Shown: positions 9,909-20,121, numbered from the stretch's first letter. The stretch: 64,000 bases of DNA from Elusimicrobiota bacterium (GCA_043826435.1 JBDRQF010000037.1:1-64000), one strand, 5' to 3'. The notes: generated from the letters alone by a model not told the origin. Made by a program: numbers and translations.

Positions 9909-10932
9909 CACAAATCATAAAATAAGAAAAGTCATTGAGCAGGCAGAAAAGAATGAATTTTCAAAGTATGCCATGCTTTCAGTTGCCTCCAAGGGCAGGA
10001 AAATACCCGAGGAGGAGTGCGCCGTCCGGACCGCGTACCAGCGCGACAGAGACAGAATCCTGCATTCACAATCATTCAGGGCGCTCAAATACAAGACGAA
10101 CGTATTCCTGTCCACCGGCGGTGAGAAATTCCGGACGCGGCTGACCCACACCCTTGAGGTGTCGTCAATAGCGAGGACAATCTGCCAGGCACTGCATCTC
10201 AACCATGATTTATCTGAAGCGATAGCACTGGGCCATGACCTGGGGCATACGCCATTCGGCCATGCCGGTGAGGATATGTTAAACGAAATCTCGCCGGGGG
10301 GCTTCCACCACAGCGAGCAATCGGTCAGGGTTGTTGAACTCCTTGAGAAGAACGGCCGCGGACTGAACCTTACGGTTGAAGTAATAGACGGCATACTTAA
10401 ACACACGAAGGGTGAAAAGAGCATGAACGGTTTTTCCGGCGAGGGAAAGTTCGGACTCCCGCTGACCCTTGAAGGCAGGGTCTTGCAGTTCGCCGACTGG
10501 ATTGCGTACATAAACCACGACATAGAAGATGCCGTCAACATGGGGCTTATAACCCTGGACGATTTGCCCCGCAGCGCCGTTGAAGTGCTTGGCAGAAGGC
10601 ATTCCGAACGCATAAACACAATGGTGTGTGACATCGTTGAAAAAAGTGCTGAAAAGGGACACATAGAGATGGGCGGGGAGGTGCTGTCTGCTGCAGAACA
10701 ACTGAGGGCTTTCCTTTACGGTGAGGTTTATACGATGCCCCAGATTTCAGACAAAAACAGGCGTTCAGGCGAAATACTTAATACCCTTTACGGGTATTAC
10801 CTTGATGACAGGGATGACGTCCGGGCGGAGTATCCATGGAGGGATGAAATAGACGAAAGGGCCGTCATTGACTACATCGCAGGGATGACCGACCTGAAGG
10901 CGCAGGAGTCGTTCAACCGCTTGACTACATAA
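9880..10932 (+). CDS. dgt: dGTP triphosphohydrolase-like HD protein (start codon uncertain)
   Basis: RTAYQRDRDRILHS, RTRLTHTLEV, GHDLGHTPFGHAGE, DYIAGMTD. Confidence 0.9.
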   Translation: MVLLSQDTFNTNHKIRKVIEQAEKNEFSKYAMLSVASKGRKIPEEECAVRTAYQRDRDRILHSQSFRALKYKTNVFLSTGGEKFRTRLTHTLEVSSIARTICQALHLNHDLSEAIALGHDLGHTPFGHAGEDMLNEISPGGFHHSEQSVRVVELLEKNGRGLNLTVEVIDGILKHTKGEKSMNGFSGEGKFGLPLTLEGRVLQFADWIAYINHDIEDAVNMGLITLDDLPRSAVEVLGRRHSERINTMVCDIVEKSAEKGHIEMGGEVLSAAEQLRAFLYGEVYTMPQISDKNRRSGEILNTLYGYYLDDRDDVRAEYPWRDEIDERAVIDYIAGMTDLKAQESFNRLTT

Positions 10933-11026
10933 AAATAATTTTATATTATGAGGGTGATGAGAAACACACAAGTTGTCATTATGACCACGGACGAAACGTG
11001 ACGAGAAATAGTCACATGCCCTATTT

Positions 11027-11102
11027 GTCATTGCGAACGGAGTGAAGCAATCTAATATTTTACCGGGCGATGAGATTGCTTTGGGGCTTCGTCCCTCACG
11101 AC
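11027..11102. repeat. Palindromic REP-like element, GTCATTGCGA...GAAGCAATC...GATTGCTT family, degenerate copy
   Basis: Shares ends and inner inverted repeat with the copies at 20574 and 58720. Confidence 0.7.
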
Positions 11103-11103
11103 T

Positions 11104-11907
11104 ATGAAATACATATTTGAGATAATTCTGAACATATTCATCCCCATAGCCGCCGGGCTTATGTTTTTCGGCCTTGCGCGGTTTGTCAACTACATTGCGC
11201 CGCTGAGGCAGTTCACGGCAGGCAGGGAGACGTATAAAAAGGCATACCTAGGCCTTATTGCTTTCGGGATTTATCTTGCCAGCAGGCCGATTCAGATATT
11301 GATTGGGCCGCACCCTATGCCGCTCATTGTCAACAATATCAGGGAGTTTTTTATGATAGGGATTTTTGGCCCTTCAATTTTTATTGCGATACACGGTCTG
11401 GCGTACGGCGGCGAGAACATAAAAAAAACAATGAGTAATCTTGTATATGGTTTATGCCTGTTGTGCGCCGTTATTTTTGCCGTATTGAACGTATTCGCCA
11501 TAGGCGGCTCTGAAGAAATTTTTCGTATAGGAAATTATGTCGCCTACGACGGCAGATGGTTCAGCGGGCTGGACATAGAGAAACACAGGGTTCCGCTTAT
11601 GTCAATCCTTTTCGCCTGCCGGCTCATAAGCCCGGTAATCGTCCTGGCTGCGGCAGCCACGCTCGCCCTCGGCAGGGCGCTCACATACCCTGAAGAAAAC
11701 AGGAAGTTCTATTCAAACATGCCCAAGAAACTAATACTTACGTCAATAGGCACGTATTTTTTCAGTTTTTCAATGCTTGCGGTGGGACTCGTGTATATCT
11801 ACGGGAATATACCCAACCAGTGGTGGGGATATTACATGGGGGCATTCCTTGCCGGTTTTTTTGAGGCGTGGAGCATTTCCCTGCCGATGAGAAAAGAACC
11901 GTTATGA
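11104..11907 (+). CDS. Polytopic membrane protein (about 7 TM segments), function unknown
   Basis: Repeated hydrophobic stretches. Confidence 0.7.
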   Translation: MKYIFEIILNIFIPIAAGLMFFGLARFVNYIAPLRQFTAGRETYKKAYLGLIAFGIYLASRPIQILIGPHPMPLIVNNIREFFMIGIFGPSIFIAIHGLAYGGENIKKTMSNLVYGLCLLCAVIFAVLNVFAIGGSEEIFRIGNYVAYDGRWFSGLDIEKHRVPLMSILFACRLISPVIVLAAAATLALGRALTYPEENRKFYSNMPKKLILTSIGTYFFSFSMLAVGLVYIYGNIPNQWWGYYMGAFLAGFFEAWSISLPMRKEPL

Positions 11908-13487
11908 GAAAGTATGCTTATGCAGTAATTATATGCTGGTTGTTGCTTGCAGTCCCCCTGCCTGCCATATGCGGACAGCCGTTTGTATTTGAGACGGAAG
12001 AGTGGCTCGCTCCCCGGACGAACGTCGTCCGGAAAGTTGTGAAAGGCGAGGTCCTTGTTAAATTCAAAAAGAATATAACCGACAACGTAAAAAGGCAGAT
12101 GCACGGCAATATAAACGCAAAGGTCAAAGGCGTACTCAGTGAAATAGGCGTTGAGGTTATCCGGTTGCCAGTGGGGATGAGTGTTGGGGATGGAGTAAAC
12201 TTCTACAATAACCTGCCTGAGGTTGAATACGCAGAACCAAATCATATCAGAAGGGCGTTTCTTGATTCTCCAAATGACACATATTACTCAAACCAGTGGG
12301 GCTTGTCAAAGATTGACGCCCCGGCAGCATGGGAAAAAACTACAGGCACAAACACAATCATTGTCGCTGTTATTGACACAGGGGTTGATTATACCCATCC
12401 TGACCTCTCCGTAGCCGTTGACTCCACCACAGGGTATGATTTTATAAACGATGATAATGACGCCATAGACGACAACGACCACGGCACGCATGTTGCAGGG
12501 ATAATCGCAGCCGCTACAAACAACGGTATCGGCATAGCGGGTGTTGCAGGCGGATGGGGTGCGGTCCCGGGCATAAAGATAATGCCGATAAAAATACTTG
12601 ACGCCGGCGGTTCCGCCGCCGTTTCTTACATAAGCACTGCTGTTATACGGGCAGCAAATGCCGGCGCAAGGGTTATAAACATGAGTTTAGGCGATACGCA
12701 ACTTCCACCAGTGTATAGTTCAACTGAATATGATGCCTGCAAATATGCCTATGACAAGGGCTGTGTTGTTGTCGCTGCATCAGGCAACGGGTATGATTCA
12801 AACGGAGACGGTATCATAGACACTTCCGGAATGGAGCCGGTCAGTTATCCTGCGGCATATGATATAGTTATTGCAGTCGGCGCAACCGATTCGTCCGACA
12901 AACGGGCAAGTTTCTCAAACTACGGGGATGATCTTGACATAGTAGCCCCGGGGACGTCCATCAGGAGCACAATCCGTAGCAGCAATTATGCGGATATGAG
13001 CGGAACGTCAATGGCAACCCCGTTCGTGAGCGGTGTGGTTTCACTGATCCTTTCAAAAGACCCGTCACTGACGCCCGCAGACGTTTATACAAAACTTGTT
13101 GAATCAGCGGATGGCGTCGGGGCATCGGGCTGGGACAAGTAATCAGGGTACGGGCGTCTCTACGGTGCATCGGAGATGGGATATGTTACACCTCTCGTTG
13201 CAAAAGAGATGAACGCACCCAACCCGTTTAATCCATTGAGCAATGATTCGCAGAAGAACATTACCAGAGTATATCTGCCAGGGGAACTAAAGGGCTCATA
13301 TCTTAAAATGTACGTTTTTAACATCGCCGGTGAGAAAATCAGGACGGTTGAATCGGGGCTTGCCAGCAGGGCTGACTGGGACGGATGCAACGACAACAAT
13401 AATGTGGTTGCAAACGGCATCTACTTCTATGTGGTTGAGACGAACAAGGGCAGGGCGAAAGGTAAAATAACCGTAATAAAGGAATAG
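11904..13487 (+). pseudogene. Secreted S8 subtilisin-like protease with a C-terminal FlgD/T9SS-like sorting domain, interrupted by an in-frame TAA at 13140-13142
   Basis: Catalytic motifs VIDTG, HGTHVAG, GTSMATP; after the stop the same frame continues SGYGRL...NAPNPFNP...WDG.N.....VANGIYFY. Confidence 0.8.
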
Positions 13488-13490
13488 GCG

Positions 13491-14399
13491 ATGGGCGCGA
13501 TAATTATATTGTTCTGTCTGGTTTGCGTCAGTTCCGCGGACGTCTTTGCGGATATCTTAAGGACACCGGGCGTTGCAGGCATGCCGTTTCTGAAAATAGG
13601 GCTGTCCGCCAGGCCGCAGGGCATTGCAGAGACGTTCACCTCTCTCGGAGATGACGTGTCCTCAATAGAATACAACCCCGCGGGCATCGGGAGAGCAAGT
13701 AAAAACGAATTGCAGATTGCGCACGTTGTCTGGTTTGAAGACGTAACCCTGCACGGCTTGTTTTTTGCACACAGGTTAGGTAAAAGTGTTTTCGGGCTGG
13801 CAGCCAGTATGCTACAGGCACAGGACAGGGTCCGGACGCTTGTCCAGGTTAATGATACGTCGGCTGAGGTCAGGGAAACGGAGACAATCAATCTGAATGA
13901 TTCCGCTTTTTCCATGGTTTATTCCGCGTACATTTCAGAGGGTGTCTATTTGGGATTTTCTGCAAAATATCTGAATGAGAAATTATACAGCATGAATAAT
14001 TACGCCCTGGCGGGGGACGTTGGGATTTTATATTTTTCGGAGGCGACCCGTTCTTCTTACGGCTTTTCAATTCAGAATGCCGGCTCCGCTATCGGGGGGG
14101 ACATTTTACCGGCGACAGCCCGGCTTGGCTTCGGCACCCACAGCGACGGTTATAATTTCGGGCTGGACATAATACAGAGGATTGATTCAAAAATAAAGGT
14201 ATCTATGGGCCTTGAGATGTTTTTTTCAAAAATGTTTGTCTTCAGAGGGGGCGTTTTCTACCAGCAGGCGTTCAATTTCACGGGAGGGTTGGGCATCGGC
14301 CTGGCTGAAAAAAATCCCGCCGTCTGGCTTGATTACGCCTATCTTCCGAATGCTGATTTTGGCACCGCCCACAGGATAAGTTTGTTGTTCAAATTTTAA
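13491..14399 (+). CDS. PorV/PorQ-family outer-membrane beta-barrel protein
   Basis: FLKIG.SARP.G..E, YNPAG, DYAY......G..HRISL..KF. Confidence 0.8.
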   Translation: MGAIIILFCLVCVSSADVFADILRTPGVAGMPFLKIGLSARPQGIAETFTSLGDDVSSIEYNPAGIGRASKNELQIAHVVWFEDVTLHGLFFAHRLGKSVFGLAASMLQAQDRVRTLVQVNDTSAEVRETETINLNDSAFSMVYSAYISEGVYLGFSAKYLNEKLYSMNNYALAGDVGILYFSEATRSSYGFSIQNAGSAIGGDILPATARLGFGTHSDGYNFGLDIIQRIDSKIKVSMGLEMFFSKMFVFRGGVFYQQAFNFTGGLGIGLAEKNPAVWLDYAYLPNADFGTAHRISLLFKF

Positions 14400-14405
14400 A
14401 AGACA

Positions 14406-15818
14406 ATGATTGAAAAAAAGTTTATTATCAGGTTTGCCGCATGGGCGTTGGCCGTATTGCTTGTTTTCATCCTTATCAAAGGGGAGATACCGCTGATAAA
14501 CCAGACGGTTCCGCCGGCTGCAATATTCCCCATTTTCAATATTCTTGTCATCCTTGAACACTTCCTCTTCGGTTCGCTGAGCAGTTTGACGACAACGGTC
14601 ATCTTTACTTTCATAGGTTTTTTCATCGTTATACTCTACCCCATCCCGAAGGGAGCCGCGTTCCCGGTTGAGAATATTATTGTGGCGCTGGAAATCGGGC
14701 TGATGTGGGTTCTGTTCGCATTGCTCCAGCGGTTGCTTGAGACGGTGAGCAAGAGGGGGGCGAAATACGACGAGGACAGGGAGAACCTTGAAATCTCGCT
14801 GAACGAGATAGACGAGGAAATCAACAAACTCCCGGATGAAATAGAAAATTTCACCCGCCAGTACAACAGTTATTCGCAACTTAAGGACATATCAACCCAG
14901 CTGGGCATTGTCCTGGAAAAAGACAAACTCGTCAAACTTATAAAGTCCGAAGGGGAAAAATTCATAGGGCGGGGCGTCATCGTCGTTGACATGTGTGCGG
15001 AAACAGCCGATCCCGTTTGCAGGTGGTCAATTGAGAAAAGGTACCCCATAAGCATAAAGGACATAAAAAAGGAAGGAAAAATCATCGGGATTACCGGAGA
15101 TACGGACCTTGACTATACGTCCTGTATTGCAGTTGCAATCCCCATTGACCCGGTCAGCCAGGAATGGGGATGTATCCAGATTAAGGACAACACCCCGTTC
15201 AGCGAAGACGACCTCCGCCTTTTCTCAATATTCTGCGGTATATCTTCAATGGCCATAACGAATGCAGAATTGTTCAACAAAACCCAGGAACTGGCAATTA
15301 CCGACGGGCTCACCGGTCTTTACGTCCATAAATACTTCAAGGAACGGTTTGAGGAGGAATTCCTGCTGGCGAAGTCGCACAACCTTACGCTTTCACTCGT
15401 ATTGATTGACATAGACCACTTCAAAAAGGTAAACGACGTTTACGGCCACTCCGCAGGGGATAAAATCCTCGTGCAACTGTCAGGGATTCTCAAAAAGAGG
15501 GCGAGGGAGACGGACATCGTTGTGAGGTACGGCGGCGAAGAGTTTGCAATACTTATGGTACAAACAAGCGTTGACGGGGCGGCATACCTGGCGGAAGAGG
15601 TCCGCAGGACGGTCCAGACGGAAATGTTTATGATTCCGGCGGATGCACAGGAGGGTGTTTTGCAGAAATACCTGCGTTTACGCATAACGATAAGTTTGGG
15701 TGTCAGCGGGATAAACAACTCAATGGGAAGCATCGCCGATTTTATAAATGCGTCGGACAGGGCGCTTTACGATGCTAAAAACGGGGGCAGGAACAGGGTA
15801 GAAACATGGAATGGCTGA
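14406..15818 (+). CDS. Membrane-anchored GAF-GGDEF diguanylate cyclase
   Basis: TDGLTGL, DIDHFKKVND, RETD I-site, RYGGEEF. Confidence 0.9.
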   Translation: MIEKKFIIRFAAWALAVLLVFILIKGEIPLINQTVPPAAIFPIFNILVILEHFLFGSLSSLTTTVIFTFIGFFIVILYPIPKGAAFPVENIIVALEIGLMWVLFALLQRLLETVSKRGAKYDEDRENLEISLNEIDEEINKLPDEIENFTRQYNSYSQLKDISTQLGIVLEKDKLVKLIKSEGEKFIGRGVIVVDMCAETADPVCRWSIEKRYPISIKDIKKEGKIIGITGDTDLDYTSCIAVAIPIDPVSQEWGCIQIKDNTPFSEDDLRLFSIFCGISSMAITNAELFNKTQELAITDGLTGLYVHKYFKERFEEEFLLAKSHNLTLSLVLIDIDHFKKVNDVYGHSAGDKILVQLSGILKKRARETDIVVRYGGEEFAILMVQTSVDGAAYLAEEVRRTVQTEMFMIPADAQEGVLQKYLRLRITISLGVSGINNSMGSIADFINASDRALYDAKNGGRNRVETWNG

Positions 15819-17146
15819 AAGTCAGCAGGAATAAGAAAACGGCAATCGGGTTTGTAGTTTTATGGAGCATCCTGATGATGTTGCTGCCCGAGAGGTACGC
15901 GCTGTGCTGGATGTTCGTTATGCCTCTTGCGGTGTTTTATTTCTGCCTGCGTTATTCGGATATCCTTCCGGTTATGACGGGTATAGGGATGTTGTTGCCT
16001 TTCCTGAAAACGAGGGAACTGTTTGTCGTTTTTAATTACGACATATACCTCCTGCTCTCAATGTATTTCGGCGCGATTTATTTCCGTTCTTACGAAGACA
16101 TTGAGAAGAAAAATGAACCGGTACTGAAGTATCTGCACAAGAAAGTTAAAGGGCTCACCGGAGTCAGGGATACAATCAGAAAGTCCCACACCAAAATGAA
16201 GGTCAACCTGGAAAAGATAAGGGACATGTACCTGGTAAGCAAAGAGATAGTGGAGCACATGGATATGTACGATATGCTTGAATATTTTACCATGGCGCTC
16301 CTCAAAAAATCGGATAAAATAAAACAGGTCGTTTACTTCAATAAAAAAGGTGAAACGGGCATTGACGAGGACGCAATGTTCTGTTCCGAGGAAAGCAGCA
16401 AGCCCGACTGGGTTGAATTCCTGGGGGGCAGGAGTGACCTCCTCAGGAGCAAGGACGTAGTGAAATTGGGCGGGAGCATTTTCTGGCCGGTTTACCTTGA
16501 ACAGAACCTGGGATATTTTATTTTTCAGGTTGAAGTCGGCAAGGAGCAGGAATGCGTTGATGAAATATCGCCGTTTTTCTCACAGTTGACCCTGGCGTTG
16601 AGGAGGTCCGACCTTTATGAAGAGGTGGAGAGGCGCTCAAGGAAGGACGGGCTGACCGACCTTTTCCTCAGGAGATATTTTATTGAGAGGTTTGATGAGG
16701 AGATACTCAGGGCAAAGAGATACGGAAACAGGTTTGCGGTCTTTATGATTGACATTGACCACTTTAAGAACGTTAACGATACGTATGGCCACCCTGCCGG
16801 GGACTTTGTCCTCAGGGAGATTTCAAAAATATTCACGGAGAATATCCGCAAGGGGGACCTGATAGCCAGGTATGGCGGCGAGGAGTTTATTATCTATCTG
16901 CCCCATTGCGAGATTGAAGAATCCATGAATATTGCAGAGAAAATACGCAAGGGCGTCCGGTCGCACGTTTTTGATTACGGCGGGACAAAGATTGAACTTG
17001 CCGTCAGTATAGGCATTACTCTTTATCCTGTGGACGCTGATTACAAGGAGGCGCTCATTTCAGCGGCCGACTCGGCCCTCTACATGGCTAAAAGAGAGGG
17101 AAGGGACCAGAGCCGTATGTATAAGGAATTCCTGGGGACCCAGTAA
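15806..17146 (+). CDS. Membrane-anchored GGDEF diguanylate cyclase
   Basis: DGLT, DIDHFK.VND, RKGD I-site, RYGGEEF. Confidence 0.9.
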   Translation: MEWLKVSRNKKTAIGFVVLWSILMMLLPERYALCWMFVMPLAVFYFCLRYSDILPVMTGIGMLLPFLKTRELFVVFNYDIYLLLSMYFGAIYFRSYEDIEKKNEPVLKYLHKKVKGLTGVRDTIRKSHTKMKVNLEKIRDMYLVSKEIVEHMDMYDMLEYFTMALLKKSDKIKQVVYFNKKGETGIDEDAMFCSEESSKPDWVEFLGGRSDLLRSKDVVKLGGSIFWPVYLEQNLGYFIFQVEVGKEQECVDEISPFFSQLTLALRRSDLYEEVERRSRKDGLTDLFLRRYFIERFDEEILRAKRYGNRFAVFMIDIDHFKNVNDTYGHPAGDFVLREISKIFTENIRKGDLIARYGGEEFIIYLPHCEIEESMNIAEKIRKGVRSHVFDYGGTKIELAVSIGITLYPVDADYKEALISAADSALYMAKREGRDQSRMYKEFLGTQ

Positions 17147-17203
17147 GAACCGAATACGTAAGGTGAGGGTGGCGGAAAAGCACAAAAAGGAGAGTGAACG
17201 CAC

Positions 17204-17989
17204 ATGACAGAACAAACACCGATTGAGCAGGTAAAGATTGGAAAAAAGATTTTCTGGATTTCTCTTGCCACGTCCGTTCTTGTATCCCTGATAATCAGCG
17301 CGCTTATGGTGAAATTCGGTGCGCCTTTACTTGAAAAACTATTCATTAAAAAGACGGAAGTGCCCAATCTGAAAGGGGTTATCCTGAGTGAGGCGAAACA
17401 GATACTTGAAAACAGGGGGTTTATAACGGTGGTGTCCGGAGAAAAGTATAACGATGAAATCCCTGCAGGCAGTGTGACGGGACAGTCGCCCATAGCGGGG
17501 CTTATCCTCCCTGAAAAATCAAAAATAGAAATCATAATCAGCAAGGGAAAGGAAAAGGTGTCGGTGCCTGTTTTGTTTTCACTTTCAAAGGAAGAAGCAA
17601 CCGCGCAACTGACTTCCCTGGGGTTGAGCGTCGGAGACGTATCCAGTGAAAAATCAGCGGGTGTCCCGAAGGGCAGGGTTATATCCTGCATCCCTGCCAC
17701 GGGCACCGAGGTTGAAAAGGGTACCGTAATTGACATTACGGTAAGCGCAGGAGCGCCTGTTAAAAGGGCTGTGATCGTAAAGGTAAGCGTGCCGAACCTG
17801 TGGGGAAAGACGCTCCCGGAGGCGCAGGCACTGCTGGACAGCAGGGGGCTGAAATTAGGCAGGATTTCAAGGACGACGAGCATTGACCATGATTTTGACA
17901 TTATACTCAGGCAGAAACCTGCAGCGGGTTCAAGCGTTCCGAAGGGGTCATCAGTTGAAGTTACCATAAATGCGGAAACAGAGGAATAA
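17204..17989 (+). CDS. Membrane-anchored protein with three PASTA domains
   Basis: One TM segment followed by three VP.L.G....EA...L...GL repeats. Confidence 0.85.
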   Translation: MTEQTPIEQVKIGKKIFWISLATSVLVSLIISALMVKFGAPLLEKLFIKKTEVPNLKGVILSEAKQILENRGFITVVSGEKYNDEIPAGSVTGQSPIAGLILPEKSKIEIIISKGKEKVSVPVLFSLSKEEATAQLTSLGLSVGDVSSEKSAGVPKGRVISCIPATGTEVEKGTVIDITVSAGAPVKRAVIVKVSVPNLWGKTLPEAQALLDSRGLKLGRISRTTSIDHDFDIILRQKPAAGSSVPKGSSVEVTINAETEE

Positions 17990-18031
17990 TCCGAAAACGG
18001 GTGCGGGATGTGATGTGCCCAGGGAGGGAAA

Positions 18032-19135
18032 ATGTCACGGGTATTGTTAAAAAATGTCACTAAAAAATTCGGAGAAACGACGGTAGTAAAGGATTTCAAC
18101 CTGGATATTGCAGATAAACAATTCTGTATCCTCGTAGGCCCTTCAGGGTGCGGCAAAACCACCACTTTGAGGATGGTTGCCGGGCTGGAGGATATAACCG
18201 ATGGCGAGATATTCATAGGTGACAAAAAGGTGAACAATGTCCCGCCGAAGGACAGGGACATAGCGATGGTGTTCCAGAATTACGCTCTCTACCCGCATAT
18301 GAGCGTGTATGGCAACATGGCGTTCGGGCTGAAACTGCGCGGCTATTCCAAAAAAGAAATAGAAGCAAGGGTGAAAGAAGCATCGGAAATTCTTAATATT
18401 CCCCATCTCATGAACAGAAAGCCGAAGGAACTGTCAGGCGGCCAGCGGCAGAGGGTCGCCGTGGGCAGGGCCATAGTCAGGAAGCCGAAGGTCTTCTTGT
18501 TTGACGAGCCGCTGAGCAACCTGGACGCGAAACTCAGGGTGCAGATGAGGGCGGAATTAAAAAAATTGCACGAGCGCCTGCAGACCACGATTATATACGT
18601 TACGCACGACCAGGTTGAAGCCATGACTATGGGTGATTTAATCTGTGTGATGAAAGACGGATTAATCCAGCAGGTTGACTTGCCGCTCTTGCTTTACGAT
18701 AAACCGGTGAACAAATTCGTAGCCGGTTTTATCGGTTCACCGCCGATGAATTTTATCATGGTTGAAGTCATAAAAGTCAGGGAGAGTTTGTGGCTGGATG
18801 AAGGCACGTTCAAGGTTAAACTTGCCGATGATATGAAGAAAGCGATTGACCCCTATGCAGGACAGAAGTTACTGATGGGCATAAGGCCCGAGGACATATA
18901 CGATAAACTTTTTTACAGGATAGGCCCGCTTGAAGGAAACGTCGTTACGGTAACCGTGGACGTCGTTGAACCGATGGGCTCCGAGGTCTATCTGCATATG
19001 AATTCAGGCAGAAATAATTTTATCGCCAGGGTTGACGCACACAACCAGGCGAAGTCAAACCAGTTGATAGAGGTCGTTTTTGACATGAACAAAGTGCACC
19101 TGTTTGACCCCGAGAAGGAAGCGACGATTTGTTAG
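18032..19135 (+). CDS. Carbohydrate ABC transporter ATPase (MalK/MsmX/UgpC family)
   Basis: GPSGCGKT, LSGGQRQR, DEPLSNLD, FVAGFIGSP, TOBE tail. Confidence 0.93.
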   Translation: MSRVLLKNVTKKFGETTVVKDFNLDIADKQFCILVGPSGCGKTTTLRMVAGLEDITDGEIFIGDKKVNNVPPKDRDIAMVFQNYALYPHMSVYGNMAFGLKLRGYSKKEIEARVKEASEILNIPHLMNRKPKELSGGQRQRVAVGRAIVRKPKVFLFDEPLSNLDAKLRVQMRAELKKLHERLQTTIIYVTHDQVEAMTMGDLICVMKDGLIQQVDLPLLLYDKPVNKFVAGFIGSPPMNFIMVEVIKVRESLWLDEGTFKVKLADDMKKAIDPYAGQKLLMGIRPEDIYDKLFYRIGPLEGNVVTVTVDVVEPMGSEVYLHMNSGRNNFIARVDAHNQAKSNQLIEVVFDMNKVHLFDPEKEATIC

Positions 19136-19176
19136 ACGGCGGTGGTATCGGGGCCAGCAGGGGCGGGGTCAGGGCG

Positions 19177-19200
19177 GGGGTCAGGTCTTGACATTTGACA
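19177..19200 (+). repeat. Dispersed 24-bp repeat GGGGTCAGGTCTTGACATTTGACA
   Basis: Identical copy at 49076..49099; degenerate reverse copies at 32008..32032 and 32044..32069. Confidence 0.8.
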
Positions 19201-19253
19201 TTTTGGCACGGGCGCAAGGCGTTCAAATTACCGGTGTACCGGGAGGTAATCAA

Positions 19254-19592
19254 ATGCAAAAAAGGATGAAGAAATTTTTGTCAAGAGTGGAAGAAGAGTT
19301 TGGAAAGGTTAAAAGCAGGGCGGGAGAAATAGCGGAAATAGTAAAAGAAGACGCTTCCCTGGGTCTGCGCGCGGGCGGGCACAAACTTAAGGAACTTGAC
19401 CTTGAAAGAGCAAAATTGTCAAAGCTTTATACGATCGGCAAGAGGACGTATTCACTTTATAAGCAGGGGCTCGTAACGGACAGGGAAACGATTGAGTTGT
19501 GTGAAAGCATGGCCCGACTGGGGTCACAGGCGAAGAAACAGCATTCCGCAGCAAAGAAATTATCGCGGCAGATAAAGTTCAGGAAACAATAA
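19254..19592 (+). CDS. Hypothetical basic helical protein
   Basis: GGAGG RBS precedes ATG at 19254. Confidence 0.6.
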   Translation: MQKRMKKFLSRVEEEFGKVKSRAGEIAEIVKEDASLGLRAGGHKLKELDLERAKLSKLYTIGKRTYSLYKQGLVTDRETIELCESMARLGSQAKKQHSAAKKLSRQIKFRKQ

Positions 19593-19595
19593 CGG

Positions 19596-19632
19596 GGGGG
19601 GGTAGCGCAACGGGAGCGCGTCTCCTTGGCGT
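19596..19632 (+). pseudogene. 5'-half fragment of tRNA-Ala(GGC)
   Basis: Matches 20455..20491 except one base; similarity ends just after the anticodon loop. Confidence 0.85.
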
Positions 19633-19674
19633 AAAGAAAAAAGCCCCTCACCTTTTCTTTCTCACTATATCTGC

Positions 19675-19703
19675 TTGACATTCCTTGAAAAAAAAGATAT
19701 AAT
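19675..19703 (+). promoter_or_regulatory. Consensus sigma70 promoter
   Basis: TTGACA-17 nt-TATAAT. Confidence 0.8.
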
Positions 19704-19788
19704 TTTAGCAAGGAAAAATATTTAACCGAAAGGAGAATGTGTTATAGATTTTTATAACCACAACTAACTCTATAATACAACGGAATAA

Positions 19789-20121
19789 ATGATTTACAAT
19801 TCAAAAATATTTTTGGCAGTATTTTTGCTTTTTTTGCTTGTCGGGTGTATGACCATTGGTCGTAATTTTCAGACGCTGGATATTCCTAGAATTGAGAATG
19901 ACAAAACCACTATGAATGATATAAGAAAAACATTTGGTGAACCAAACCGCAAGGGAATAGAAGATGGCGACCTGACATGGACATATCTCTATTATAAGCT
20001 TAATTTATTGGGGTCAAAACACACCAGAGACCTCTATATTAAGTTTGATAAGAATGGTGTGGTTAAAAGTTTCACATATAACACAAGTTTTCCTGATGAA
20101 GAGATAAAACCATCACACTAA
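19789..20121 (+). CDS. SmpA/BamE-like lipoprotein in an AT-rich segment
   Basis: Lipobox LVGC; TT...I...FG.P and W.Y motifs. Confidence 0.7.
   Translation: MIYNSKIFLAVFLLFLLVGCMTIGRNFQTLDIPRIENDKTTMNDIRKTFGEPNRKGIEDGDLTWTYLYYKLNLLGSKHTRDLYIKFDKNGVVKSFTYNTSFPDEEIKPSH

Noticed and set aside
9880..10932. dGTPase as an anti-phage defence gene
   Set aside because: It is the short housekeeping-like form inside a metabolic operon, with no defence-island context
13140..13142. Stop-codon recoding (Sec, Pyl or an alternative genetic code) in the S8 gene
   Set aside because: The codon is TAA, which terminates many genes here; no in-frame TGA was noticed at a catalytic Cys position in the redox genes
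19104..19253. Arg/Gly-rich N-terminus of the 162-aa ORF
   Set aside because: It overlaps the previous gene and a repeat; a clear RBS supports ATG at 19254
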